Below the pieces are notes generated by a model, which did not search any database, had not been told where the DNA came from, and was given only the letters and a program-made list of their open reading frames with translations. The position numbers and the translations under genes were made by a program. Below, piece by piece: positions 13,001 to 28,000 of a stretch of DNA of 64,000 bases. The stretch's first letter is position 1. Every line of letters begins with the position of its first letter. The DNA lies in assembly GCA_051294905.1 (NCBI GenBank), contig CM119381.1, positions 21,576,001-21,640,000 of the forward strand. The letters are read 5' to 3'. This stretch comes from Botryllus schlosseri (Eukaryota).

Positions 13001-16000
13001 TTTTTGCTGTTACTCTGGTAATATGGCTGAGAAGATGTTAGCGATTTACCCTGAGAACGAAGGAATGGGCGCTCATTGATATCACTTCTGTTTCGAAATA
13101 GCATTACCGAGCTCAATTAATTCTGGACAGCAGTAAAGCACTGCCGTGGTTGTGTAGTTTTGTGCCTAACAAAATCGAAACATCGACGTAAAATAGCACT
13201 ATACAGTGTGCGCATTATACATTAGGTATTCGTATCCATTTGTTACGACTGATGGTTATTGCCATAGAATTTACTATAGCCCGTGTACGTCTGGACCATA
13301 CTAGGTTTCCGTGATATTCGATGTTTAAACGAGTGAAACCGTTCATATGCAAACTATAAATGTTGCTTACGAAAATTTACTCAACAACATGTTGTTTGAA
13401 GCCAGCAGTACTTTTTGTTATAACATCCGGCTTCCCCACCCCGTAGCGATTTTAATGAGTGAGATATACATCCAAACGCAAGACGCCACCTGCCAAATTG
13501 CTTAGTTCGCCCAGGTACACCCGACATTAGGGGTGTTAAAAAACTCAGTCAGTCAGTCCAATTGAAATTTCGGTCATTTTTGAAATACTATAGTATTTAC
13601 CAATTTCGTCACACCGACATGACCAAAAATCGTGTTCCAGATATCCCTGAAGAGGCAGGGATGTCTTTTCCACTTGTTTTGATCTTGACAAGGGCCTATG
13701 GTGGAGTTTGGATGAACTCACCACCCGTAATCGAAAGAAACATATGACACGGATTATAGCTGGAAATTAGTTCACTTCATTGAAATAGACACGTTAAAAC
13801 GACGGTTAGATAATTTTCAAATAGAGTACTTTGCACCCTGAAATTAACGACTATGAAAAGAAATGAACTGACAATAAGCACGTAAAATACGGGCAAATAT
13901 ATTTCTGACAACGGTGTCTAGATCACAACTTGTCATAATGCGCTTCTTGATATAAGAACCATGCAATGCCCACACAGTCTTGCTTCACTTAGGATTTCGC
14001 GGTACGTTGAGCGTGACACCATGTCAACCTTTTTGTTTTATTTGAATGTTTATGATTCACAATGAGCAGACAATGGTACAGCGGTAGGACTATAAAGCAC
14101 GCTACAAGGTGTAAAATGTCAAATGATAAGTTCTTCAACGGTGAAAAATCTACGATCGAAACGAAATGCAGGTTGTAAATAAATTTTGACTTCTTTTCCA
14201 ATTTTGACATTTTTTGACCTAACGCTACAATTTTGACCTAATTTTGACTTTTTCTGACGTGTCAAACAAAATTGCCCTACTGATTACTAACATGGGTGTA
14301 TTAGGTGTAGTCAACAATAATCTTGTAAAATAGTATCCCGGTACAACTACAAGACATAAAATTTTAAACTACAGCGGGTCGGATGACATGAAAAGAATTT
14401 AGCAACAAACTTTTGAGTGAGGGGCACTCTAGATATGGGTGAAAAGTTATACGCCATAATTAGGCATATCGTGGTGTAAATCAGGCCAGCGGCACTTGGT
14501 GCCAAAATCTTCCTTCCCACCTATTCCAATCGAAGAAAACAAGTCAAATACACCAATGCATCATATATTCAGAGCTCGATAAGAGGCCGCGTTCGACTCG
14601 TTTTCATTGATTGGAATTGGTTTGAAAGCAGATATCTGTAACAGAAAGGCAGTTTACCTTTTAGTCAGCCCCAACCCAAAACGTCGGTCTTGGGCCCCCA
14701 TAGGGGGATAAACCGAAGTTCTGGGGGGTTCGCCCCCCCCCACCCCCTCAGCCTGTCCGATTTTAGCCGCTACTCATCATCTACATTGTTATACTGTTTA
14801 GTGAGTCACCTTATTTCGCCTAAACGCGCCAAGCGCGAAAAATTTCTGAAATTCATGTTTGAATCGGTCAATATCATCAAGAATCGCGTATATATTGCTA
14901 TCAATTTTTTATCCTCTATCTTCTCACGTAATCAGATTTACCGGTAGAGCTGAGGGAGGTGTGTTGGAAAAGGTAGCACCCCTAAAAAATAATTCAACAT
15001 CTTCGGGCGGACCGGTTGGTATATTGACTTCGTTACATGATGCTATTTCGTGAACCCCCATGTCTGATATGTCAAAAGGTATGGAAATCGTCCAAACATA
15101 CTAAACTAAAGGAAGCACACGATTTCAAATTGATATTTCTTTACTGGCAAATGATTTTTCTCTTCGGGATAGCATTTTTCCTGTGGGGTTCGGATCGCCA
15201 CGACAGGAACATTAGGCGCCGTCCATTTAGGCGCCTATGGACAATCGAACATATATGTATGTATCTCGGGGTTTTCGGTCAGCGTAAGGGCATTCCTTTT
15301 CGGCCAAGGTCTTCTAGATGCTGCTCGTTCTTACACACTTCTTGGAGTCGCATGTTACACGGCCTATAACTTCATATGTCTTGGTGCGTCGTGGCACAGT
15401 AATGGCCGACGCAGAAGTCTCCATTTCTACAAATCATGCGTATTTTTTGTTGGGGGAAGGGTATCCAGTATTCAAGGAATTTGGCAGCATTAAATAGCGC
15501 GCAGCGCAAAAAAATTTTCAAAAAGTTACATAAATTTTCAAAAAAAATTCTATAATTTATGTTAATGCACTGAATAATTTTGGGCCCCCTTCGAGCTCGG
15601 GGAGCGGCAGTTACGGTCCTGCATATACGTCATGGTGTAAATACACGATTTTTGTTCAAATGGTCTAAAATGGCGGTAGGAACCGACACACCCCCAAATT
15701 CAGAAATTAAGCATAGAAACAAACAAAACTGGATATTCAGCGTGATGCATAATTACATGATGGAATTATACTGTTGCTCACTTCGATGGCCAAAGCAATG
15801 TCTTTGAAATTTTGCGTCTGGTTGTACGTAGTTCTGTTAGTGGTAATTGATAATATAGTATTAGAATAGCTTCTTGGATGTTCAGAACTTCATGATAGTA
15901 TTGAAAAGTATAGGCCTATCCATATGTTAATTTCAATATGAATGTATACTATGCAATAATATAGTAATAAATAGGAATAAGTACAACGCCTTTGTTTCGA

Positions 16001-19000
16001 TGTCATTTTATACATCTAAAATTAGAGATAAATCGTTACACCTTAATAATAATATTATTATCTAGCAATCATTACGTTTTGAAAGTTCCAGTCTTCAAGT
16101 CGCTTCTGAAAGCTGGCGCTGATTACATACACATCAATCGCAGGTCACGTCGCGGAAAATACTAAATCGATATCGAAATACTTACATGTGTTCGCCATCT
16201 CTTTTATGCCCAGAGAGGATTTCGGGTTCAGCAGTCAGCACTCCCACGTTCATATTTGTCAAACTATCTTCCTCTCTCACGGAAAACCCGCCAACTATAG
16301 TTAATGGAGATAATTTACTTTGATTTATCGACTCTCATTCATTTAGCATTCGCGTATTGTTGGCGGGTATGACGCCGTGAAAGGATCCTGGCCGTGGCAG
16401 GGACTTTTTGGCATAGTATTTCGGGGAGAGGAGACCAATATTTGTGGAGCGGTATTGATTTCTGATCGATTGGTATTAACAGCGGCACATTGTATATTGA
16501 CTGGGTGAGTGTGATCTATGTTTTCAAAAATAACCTGTTTGTTACTGCAAATGATATGGATAGCAGTACCACAACTATCAATACTGTCTCGCAATTAAAT
16601 AATATTAGGAATCATCCGAAATCTTTCGAGACAGACATCCCTATTGCCGCAATAGATCTTACGCAGTGGTTCTCAACTGGGGTCCCATGGAACATCAGGG
16701 GTTTTCTCTGCCAGTCCCAGGGCTGCCCTGAAGGTTAAGACACACACTCAACTCATAAATATGATTTGTGATAATACGCCCGTCTTGGCCCTCATTGGTT
16801 GCAGGCATTTAGGTCAGATCGGTTGTGGAATTGTGACTGATATGGTGATACATCGTGACCAGTGACGTTAGCAGCGGAGTTGGAGTTCGAAACCGAATCA
16901 CCGTTTAGTTCTTCTGAAACGCCAATCCTATCTCCCACATTTATTAGCTCATTTGTAATTAGGCAGTTGGTATAATGCTGATGCGTTTCGACTGAATAAT
17001 ACGACCGGGCCTTCCAAAGTGAGCCTTCGCATTTCTGAACTGGTATCTGAAAATGAGCAGAAATCTCATTTGATTTACACTAAATATTCATTATAATGTT
17101 TTCGTTTTGTGTGGAATTATATTTTATGGATTTGTTCTTTCAAGACTCTGATAATGCACAACAATTCTCTTCAACCATTTTCGAGTGGTGCACCCTTCAA
17201 AGTTGTAGCTTCGACTCACTCTGTTCATATTGCTTAATATATGTCTACCGACTAAAAAAGGTCGTCACTTTCGTCTGGCTGCCAAATATCGGTCCATCAC
17301 GGAGGCTGATCACTGAAATTAGGTCGACAAAATCACTAGCTTCGACATCAGGATATAAACCACTGATTCCAAGTACAATGTTTCTCATGTGCACCCCATC
17401 CGGATTTTCATGCACGCGGGGGTGCACCGTGCGCGCTGGTTAAAGAGCACTGACCTATGGTAATGTATTAGATGTGTAATGCCGTGTTGGGATCAAGTCG
17501 AGCCAATCGATTTTCAAAGGCCACTCGAGTCAAGTCAAGTCACTCGTTTTTTGGGGTGTCTCGAGTCAAGTCGAGTCATGTCAAGTCAAGTCACGAGTCA
17601 TGTCACGATTCAAGTCATATTGAATTTTTGAAGTACGGGTGATGATGCAAAGTTATTACATTTTGCTGACTGGTGGAAGGACAGATTAGTTGGCCATTTA
17701 TCTTGAATGAAATAACGAATATAAAGTCAAATATGCATACAAAAAGGTGTTGTATCGCTCACACACACGTAGAACTACGCGAGTAACTGTATAGCTATAT
17801 GCTACAATCTGTTATTATCATCCAATCGGGATCGATGAGAAGCCTCGAGAAGTTGAACAAATTGATGTGGTACAATGCATTATCCATCTTCACATGCGTG
17901 AGAATATAAACGCATACACGATATTCGTTCGATTTAAATCATACAAGAAGGTTGGTTAAGGTAAGCACTGCGCAATGTAAGCACTGAGCTGTCTGAGAAA
18001 CAAGGAAACGTTACTATTAGATTAATACACTGCACACACACACACTACTGCGACAACGTAAGCTGTGATCCTTTCGTTTGCGGTCAATTTATTGTGATGT
18101 AACAATGGAGGATCATTGAAACATATAATCAGTGAATGACTGGTTACTCTCACAAGTGACCCCGGCGTATTGGGAACAATCCGAACATACAAAAGATAGG
18201 GTGATTTGATTGACACCGTTTACTTAATGACTTGAAATTGACTCGCGAATTTTGCTCCGAGTCATGAGTCAATCCACATATTTTAGGCGCCGAGTCAAGT
18301 CAAGTCAATTTTGCAAAGTGACTCGAGTCAAGTCAAGTCATACGAAAGCGTTGACTCGAATCATCCCAACACTGGTGTATTGAGGTATATTCTGTGTATC
18401 TCAGCGAAAATATTGGGTACCGCGAAGGCCTGCAGATTAGCGTAATTGTTCCACCGGTTGATAAAGGCTATGAACGACTGGTCTCTATACATTCAATAAA
18501 AACATTTACTTGTGTTTACTTTGGGATCACACGGCAGGAATCGCATGAATAGTCCGTATAGCAGGATTGTTTATGTAGCTCACGTGTTGACGCTGTTATT
18601 ATTACGGATATGCGCTCAGATCACAGTTTTGAATATACACTATACAGCGCTTGCGCTGTTCCACTCTAGTGATGTTGGTAGTAATGTTGTTGGTAATGCT
18701 AGTTGATAACGTAAATATCGCGGATGTACATAAGGGTTTATGACATAAAAACAATGTATAAACTGAATTCAAAAAATATCTTCTGCATATTCGATAAATA
18801 TGAGTTCATAACTTACTCGGGTATACAATCGAGCTTATAGACTTAGTGACTTCCAAGTCGCAATGTCAAGCGTTTTCCTCGAAAAACATTAAAAAATAAT
18901 CACCATTCAATATTCAATTAAAATGATACGGTGCGGTGTGGATGTTTCGATGATGCCCTCCTCAATCTGAGTGCCTTCAAAATGTCCCTGCTTTTCAATT

Positions 19001-22000
19001 CGACATGAGCCTGTGGAAGCACGGATATAAAATGTACAAGTACATAGAAGAAAGCGGATTCGTATAGCCGAAAAGACATCCGATATTATCCGTTCGCAGT
19101 ATCGAGCACTTTTACATCAAGTTCGGCGACCATGACACAACCGATATCGACGAGGAAGCCGAACAGAAGGTGTGGGTTCAGCGAGCTTTCGTTCATCCTA
19201 AATACGAGTGAGTCATTGAAACAACAAACCACAGATCCTTCATTACCAGCGCCGTAAAGTGATATTATCCTTTACCGCGCCTTGTAATGCAAGCCGTTAT
19301 TCAATTCACAAAATCGAACCCAGTTCACCAGAGAACTCTATATTTTTCGTAGCTGGATCGACGAAATTGGTTTTATCAACGGTTACGATATCGCGGTGCT
19401 CTACCTGAAGACTCCGGTGAATTTCACAAAATGGGTGAAGCCGATTTGCCTACCCAAGTACGAAGTTATGGACGGTGACACCATTGTTTTGACCGGATGG
19501 GGAAGAACTAGTGAGAGTACCCAAATATCGAAACAGTGTATTCAGCTATTCTGTCCGATGACGAATTTAATATGCTGAGAGACAGTCACGGATGAGCCAC
19601 GCAGTATTGAGATGTAGCTATAATCCCCTATAGCTTACATATAACATAATTCAATCAAGTTTCACTCTTGAAAGATAAAGTGAAGAAAGATAAACCTCGA
19701 CTCGCCAACAATATACTGGTTCTCGATCATGCTGAAATATCATGCTACTTCGGTTGTAAATAAGACTTTGGCTCGTTTTCGATGTAACCGCAAAGGGTAT
19801 TAAGGTTCAATACTGAAATTTCGTTCCTGACCTCCGAAGATCCGTAGCAGTCCCGAAATACTGCCTACGAATTAGAGCCTCTCGCGTGCCAAAAACGTGA
19901 ATCCAACCGACAAGTTGATACATTTATAGGCGAACGAACCGACGCCAGAAATCACCGACTATACCTGCATTTTCAGGGAACGGGGGACCAGCGAGTGCTA
20001 CCTTGCGACAGGTAGTCGCACCAGTGGTGTCTAGAGAGAGATGTAGTGAGTTGTCTAATATTCCAAACATGTCGCCGTCGATCATATGCACTGGACTACC
20101 GTTCGGCGGAGCTAGTACCTGTCAGGTAAATTTACTGTCTTTAACACATATGCCATTGCATTTGTCTTTATTGAACAATGTAGTCAAGGTCACTACATTA
20201 TGTAGCATCCTAATAATGCTGCATTGGGGAAATCACCGTCACCTTTTGAATATTTGCATATACTAAGTGCATGCCTATGTAAGTATAAGCCTATGGCAGT
20301 GGTTCTTAAACTTTTTAGACCGTGAACCAAAACGGAGTTTAATTGACATCTCGCGACCCAAGTCTCACACGTCAAAATGAATGCATTTCTAATGTTAGGA
20401 TGCTACCTTTGACGGCTATGCATGGAATGGAGATAAAGGTGTTGCTGTACGCAACGCAGTTCCGCAAAGTTCATTGAGAGGGTTAGTTACACGGTTCCAA
20501 GACACAGGTCAATCCTACTTTTTAGTTTTGACTTGAGTCAATTTGAATTCACCACCGAGTCAAGTCCGAGTCGAAGTCAAGGGTCGAGGTCCAGGGTCGA
20601 GTTCAAGTCATATATTAGTGTTGAGACTCTCGAGTCTGCTCCGAGTGATTGTGTTCACCATTCAGTTTATAGTTCAAGACATGTTAATTTGACTATTTTA
20701 CAACTCTGCTTGGGTGATATCGAATTCCTCTTACTAATAATGTATAGTCATTTTCCTCACTTCAAACAGTTTCTGGCCCTATTTTACAAATACCAGTGGT
20801 TCCCAACGTTTTTGTTGTCACGGACCCCGATAGACAGATTAGTAATTCTGCGAAGCCCAGCCTAAATTTTGCCTGAAACTCAATTAAAATTATATTGGCT
20901 ATTTTAGGAATTATGCTACTCAACTACTGTACTGTGGCAAAATGTTGTTGCTGTGGTCGTTAAAGAAAGACAAACAGAACGAACGAACGTAGAAACAACA
21001 GTTGAATACACCATGAGCATGAAGTTGAATAAACAATTGACAGAATACTAAAATAAAGAAAGTATAGAAAAAGCGTGGAAGTATATATGAATGAAGACAA
21101 GAAAGGCTGTCGACTGAAACACGCTACATCTGCACAGCAGGAGAAGAGGGCCATAGGTTTTTATCGGGAATGGCGCCTAGCACTGTTAGTATTTGGTCCC
21201 TTTTGCACTGCCGAGTATTACCCGCGCATGTTACAGATTTCCAGAGAAAGAAAACCACTGACAGACAAATCTTTATCACGGCATCATACCATTCCGTGTA
21301 TAGCACAAAGGTTCAAGCCATACTGTCGTAAACTCTTTTCTACTGTCCCGCTTATTGGCAAGGGTACCAAATACCTTGGATCCCTAAACTTCCACAGAAT
21401 ATCGCGAGTAGCGCGAAGAATTTTTTTTGTTGCACGAAATTCAGCTAATATTGCATATATACTAAACACTCGCTCTGGTGCGGTCGCGACCCATACTTTA
21501 AATACCCCTTTCCTATGGTAATCAAAGTAATATTATCCAATACAAGATATATGGGTTGTTATGGTAATCGCCTGAACGGACTGTATTATAAAGGGCGATT
21601 CTGGAGGGCCAGTGGCAGCGTTGCAGAATGGAACCTGGGTAGTCGCGGGAATAACATCGTTCGGGTCGTTTTGCGGTGAATCAACCATTCCAGGATCTTA
21701 CACAAATGTGCATTATCTACTTCCATTCATTGTTGACGGTAAGCTGTCTTCGCATGCCGTGCATGCTATTTCTATTACATACATATATTGCATAATCTTC
21801 AAACTTGATTAACCCTTTGGAAGGAAACGCATGATTTTGATACGGGTTGCCTGCATAACCGATTTCTCCATATTGACACACCGTGGACGACGGTTGGTAA
21901 GATTTTTGAAAAGCTGAGATTTCTCCATCTTGAAAATTTTAGTTTCACCCAAAAAAGTTAGGGAATTTGAAAAAGTGATTATCACAGTGATCCTATATCG

Positions 22001-25000
22001 ACAATCAACACAGTAGCCTATATATATACTAGGACCAATGATCCCTCTAATTCTTCACGAGTCTGCGCGCACTAACCAACTCACTGCGGGGTCCATTAGA
22101 CCACAGTGCGTAACGAATAAAATAAAGGTCATCACTTCGGCTTTTTGTGCGCATCTTAGATTTACTGTGCGTAGAAACCGTGTCAGCCCTGCACAATTGC
22201 ACACGCGCGCAGCTTAGAGGGAGCATTGACTAGGACATATATATGTTCTTAATCGGGGTTCCGGTAGCCAGTCTCGGGGATTAATTCGGTGTCAGCACAC
22301 GCACTCACCTCAAACATAAGATGCGTTTCAAATCCAGCTTAATTTTCTAAGTCATTTAAAACTTTGTATTTTTCCTCTGTTAATATATTAATGGAAAAGG
22401 CTTTAAACTCTTACATTTTTAAATTCAGAATAAAATAATATTTATTATATTTATAATCGTATTGGTGATTCCGTATGCTTCTTACTATAGGATATATGAG
22501 TACGCTCCTCGAGTCACTACATGATCCATTACATTTCAGTGATGTCGAACGGCTTGACAGAAGTCAATGCAGGTGAGCATTTTCCCTTTTTTATATCTGT
22601 TTTTCACGATCGCTGCGTCTATTTGATGAATTTTTTACGCAGTGAGCCGTGTGATAAGAGACAAAACAAGTGGGGTGATTTCATCTCCAAACTACGGTGT
22701 CGGGAAATACCCAGGGGGCGTTCATTTGCTTTGGTATATCTTGGCAGAACCGCAGAAGGTATATGTTAAAATTAGCGATATTCGGACAGTGACAACGGGA
22801 TTTTAACCTATTCAACCCGGATGAATGCTTTGGATAAATATGATAGCAGAGGTGGCAAATCAGAATGCCCATATGCAGCTATATTCATCAGAATGTACAT
22901 GCAATAAAATACCGTGATAACCCCGAGATGTTTCGAATCACGAATGTCTATTCGGACCGAGACCGTTCCACAGACACGGGTAACCACGACAAACGTTTCC
23001 ACCAAACAGTACAAACGACGTTTCTCTCAAGGCACATCGCGTTTGTATGAAACGATAACGTACCCGAGAATGAGGATCCCTTCCTCCTCGCATGCCCAAA
23101 ATATGATTGGCCACGAGCATATTTGATTGATTTCTGCTTGAACTTGAAAGTTGAGTTTACCACATATAACCTTCTCGTGCGGCCAGAACTTCTATCGCCT
23201 GTCGTTGAGTTCTTCCTGGCCAGCAACATGTTGATTTAAGCATTTTTTTTAGATAAACGATTTGAGACATGTAATACGATTTTCTTTTTGTCGTGGCCCA
23301 CCAGACCGATAAAATGATAACCGACACAATGTCCCATCTTCACAATTAATAATAATATTAATAGTAATAACCACTACTCATGCCTCGTAAACTCACGGAA
23401 GCAGTGAACTGCGAGCGAATGTGAAGATCTCGAGCAATCGTGCTGTGCAGTGAGTCGCTACACTTTACCATCGACTCCGACTCATCCCTCTTATCGTAAA
23501 GAATGTGTATTTCCACCCGTGTACCACCCCTGATATACGGGTGTGAATATGCACCCAGCATGCCACGTGGAACCAAAATCTATACCTCAGACTTATACCG
23601 CGGTATAAATCGAACACAACATTTTAATCCAAATTATGCTTGCACGTGAACGCAGGAACGCATTCACGTGTCGTAGGCACTCAGGATTCACGACCGCGAT
23701 ATAATTCTGAGGAGGCTCTGTTTTCCTGTGCCACCATTTTTTGCCCTTTGAGTGTAAATGCACACTCTCACTATTTTCTTCACATAATTCCGACTCCTAC
23801 AGTCATACAAATTAGCTTCGAAAATCATATGCCACAGTGACGGGTAATGATTTTCATGTACCCTTTATGCATTTGAAAACATATTGATCATGATAACACA
23901 TTGTTTCATTGTGACGTGACTTCACTGTGCAGTAAACATCGAAGCAGTCATTACAAAATATCCTTCCTTGTTTTATTCGTTATAATTTTTATTAACCTAG
24001 ATAATCCGCGAATACTCATTCCGACATAATTTATGTCTCATCCAGTATAATAAAAAGGCGGATTAAAAACAATCCAAGTGTACTTCTAGTTTCTGAAGTA
24101 TACTTCAAGTACATTTTGCCTGCTCGCATTACTTCATCTAGTGGTTATGATTTTTTACACTACAACTTCTTCTATTATGATAGTATACTCGACACTCTTC
24201 AGTGTTTAAGATTATTATCAGAAATATCAAGACCGAAACAGCACTTCGCCAGCCCACCCCCCAAAAGAACCGTTAGTCTTGGGCCCCCATAGGGTGATAA
24301 ACCCAACTTCTGGGCGGATTTGCCTCCAGACCCCCAATCTTCCGCTACCTTATTACCTGTGTTTGAACCAGCGATATTTGATGTACTGTTTGGTGAGTCA
24401 GATTGTGACACCAAGCCGCACAAAAGCGGATATTTTCCATAATTTAGGGTTGAATCGGGCAATATGATCGGGAATTGCATATATAATCATACATATATAA
24501 ATTTTTATCCCCTCTCTGCTCACGTAATCAGATATACCGGTAGAGCTGAGTGATGTGTCTTGGAAAATGAGGGCCGGTAATATAATTAAACACATTCGGG
24601 CGGAACCGAACCGTTGGTATAATGACTTCCTTAGATGATGGTATTTCGTAACCTCTTGTCTGCTATGTCAAAAGATATTGAAATCGATCAAACGCAGTAA
24701 ACTAAAAGACGCACACGACATCAAATTGTGATTTCTGCAGTGGCAAATAATTTTTCTTTGCGGGATGGCATTGGTCTTGTGGAGTTTAGATTGCCAGGAC
24801 AATAACATTTCAGCACAAGTCATTCAGGTGCCTATATGGACAATTAAACATATATGTATATATATCGAAGTTTTCGGTCAGCATAAGGGCAGTCGCGCAT
24901 AGCGCGAAATAAATTTGAAAAATTTGCATAGATTTTTAAAACAGAATCTATAAATTATGTTAATTCACGAAATAATTTTGGCCCCCTTCGAGCTCGGCTC

Positions 25001-28000
25001 CGTAATCGGGGGGTTGGGGTGCGGCAGTTACGGTGCTGAATAATATTACTGATATCAGTGATAATATTTTACTGCTTCTATGGTTGGTACTTGGTACTGC
25101 TTCTATTCTACTGTTTTCAATTTTCCGAGATATTTGAAAGCGATAATTGGAGTCGCAGTCGGAGTCAGGTGCATGTTAATAATATTCGCCCCCAGCCATA
25201 TACAATAAAATACTCAAATTGTTTTGGAAATCTCATTTCGTGATTTTATACATCCAGAACATTTTCATCGAATTTCGTATTATTCGTAGATTGAATATTG
25301 CACGCCAAGGTCGGTTGTATAGCCTATACTTGCAGTTGATTCAAATCAAAACATCGCAATAGTCAAGAGCAAAATAACCAATTCCTCTCGATAAATCCTA
25401 TTTCGTGATTTTATACAACCAGCTTCTTTTGAAGAAATTTCTTATTAATAACAGCAGGTTTAATATTGCCTGCCATATTCGGTTTTATACTTACAGCTGA
25501 TTCAAATCAGATTTAACGAGGAATTCAGAATCGAGCAAACTGTATACAACTCTCCTTGCGCAGGGGACTATCTACTAATTTATGACGGAAGCTCGACTCT
25601 CTCCCGTAAGGTACCGTATCTGACGAATGAATATAAAACGGTGTCCACCTTGATGTGTTTTTGATACTCAGTACGGAGACAAACGCATATGTGGTTACCG
25701 GTCACCGCTTGATTTGGAAAGCCAGAGCAATGCAGTGATTATAGAATTCCATTCCGATAATAGTTTCGAGGATGCGGGATTTTCACTATCATGGGAGGCT
25801 GTAGGTAATGGTTTCTATATCATTGAAATAAGATATGCCTTGTGTTATCCAATGTAATAATTTTGCATCATTCACATTACAGACGCATGCGCATCGAATG
25901 AACTCCGTTGTTGGAACCAAACTTGTTTGCCCGAATCAATGAAATGCGATGGCGTTCAGAGTTGTCCAAGTAACAATGATGAATTGGAATGTGGTTAGTA
26001 TCTTGTTAGCATCGTCAATGAAGTGATCCGTGTTAATATCAACCGTATCCAAATATAGCTTTAGGTACTCCGGGATCAGTGGAGTGCGGGAAATCGGAAG
26101 TTGCTCCTGAGTTCCCGTTCGTAAGTCATTCGTTTTAAGTTGACATCTGCCGCCGTTTTGACGGTCGGTTCCATATGATAGTGCACTCTACCTCCGTCCC
26201 ATAATATGTGCCTGGGCTAAGCCGATCTCGTTATGAATGATAATTAACAATAGAATATTCGTTACCGGTTATATGATTATAAGAAGAACTAATCAAGTAT
26301 GGCGGAGGTCTTCTGGATGTCTACTGCAGCTCTGTTCTTCGCCGACGCAAAATATAATGCCAATCACACATAGTAGCCTATATATATAATAGGTGGAAAA
26401 TAATTGATTGTTAACAACCACGAAGTCAGGCCTCTCCACGGTAACTATCTTTGAGTCGGACCGTGGTGCACCAGACCCTTAAGGGAGATAAGCGCCACTA
26501 CAACTTTTAATCATATTAATAATAATAATATTAATCTTTGAGTTCGCAGAAGCATGGGATAAGAACATTTTACATGTCCTATTCTTATGCAATGTACTTT
26601 GTGCCCTAGACCCCCCTTATTGTCGGGGGACATAATACGGTGGAAGGTTCGTGGCCGTGGCAAGTTGGACTGTATCGTAAAGACGGAGACTCTTATAGAT
26701 TCACCTGTGGAGGGACTTTGATGTCCGAGTATTGGGTTTTAACGGCAGCCCACTGCATAATCACGTAAGAATCTGTACGTCGGACTCTTTTCATCCTTAA
26801 TTACAGATTACTTGGAGTAAACTGACATGAAGCCTGCGTATCTTATGTGCACATGTAATGACATTTAGCAACTTATATTTATACACTCTCATTTCCACTT
26901 TATTCCCCGTTTGTTCTTCTCCCGCCAATATATCGATGCGAATCATCGGGTCACATAATCACGCTTTTTTGGTACAGTCCAGATATGCAGGTCGCCATTG
27001 GTGACTACAACAAAAGTGCTAATAGTACTTCAAGACACGAAAAGAGAATAGACGTAACAGCAGCTTTGCAGCACCCAAGCTACGGAGGGTGAGGACTAAT
27101 GATGTTGATAATATTATGATGTGAAGACCGATTTAACTTTTAACATTAATAATAGTTTGCAATATGTATATTTATAATATTCTCGCCAATTTGACCAATG
27201 ATGATAATTAAATCTTATCAAGAAACTGGTCCAATAGACTGCCTTTTAGCAATGAAGAAGTATAGTGTCTGTATGTGTTACTAAATTGAAGTGCGGAGAT
27301 TGGACGGATCGATGAATTCTATCCCCATCCATTTAAAAAATGTGAGTGCAAATTAAAATAACAGCGCAATTATTTTCTGTTGTGCACATAAAGATCCGTA
27401 AACGACGACATAGGATTTCTGAGACTAAAAGAACCAGTTGACTTCACTTCAAAATGGTATAAACCGGTGTGTTTACCGCCGAAAGGGGAGATGAAACCCC
27501 CGGTGGGTGCAACATGCATCGTCACTGGCTGGGGTGTAACTGGTAAGTGTTGAATAGATTATCTAATGTAAAGTTGATAACAACTTACAAGAAATGCGAC
27601 AACCCTCGTACACACGCTAGTTAGCCGAACATTCGATTGCTATCATGTGACGGCTGTCTATCAATGAAGAAGCTCACATCCTCAAATAAGTCCGTTCTCC
27701 AACTTCACGATCGTCCATTGATCGCCATGAAGTCTAAACAAAATCGAATTATTCAACGATGCCTATCGAAATATCGCTACTATGGGCGTAGGGCCCTATA
27801 TCGAGGGTTTGGGCCAACCAGCGACGGTTTTATCGCTGCCGATCTTTTTTGCACCGCACTTGTCCTCAACGTATGTTGACCAAACCTCCATCTCTTTATG
27901 TGTCCTGGTGCGGATAGGGTCAACCCAGAAATGCCTGTATATGATATAGTCTCGCACCCGCAGCATATTGCCATCCTTAGACTATAGCTTCCAAAAGGTC

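Noticed and set aside
21808-21960. piggyBac-like TTAA-CCCTTT end
   Set aside because: No matching right end was found.
22800-23600. Overlapping ORFs in intron 19 as a hidden antisense gene or transposase
   Set aside because: No recognisable motif or consistent splice pattern. It ends in a MITE-like TATACCGCGGTATAA motif and is probably decayed transposon sequence.
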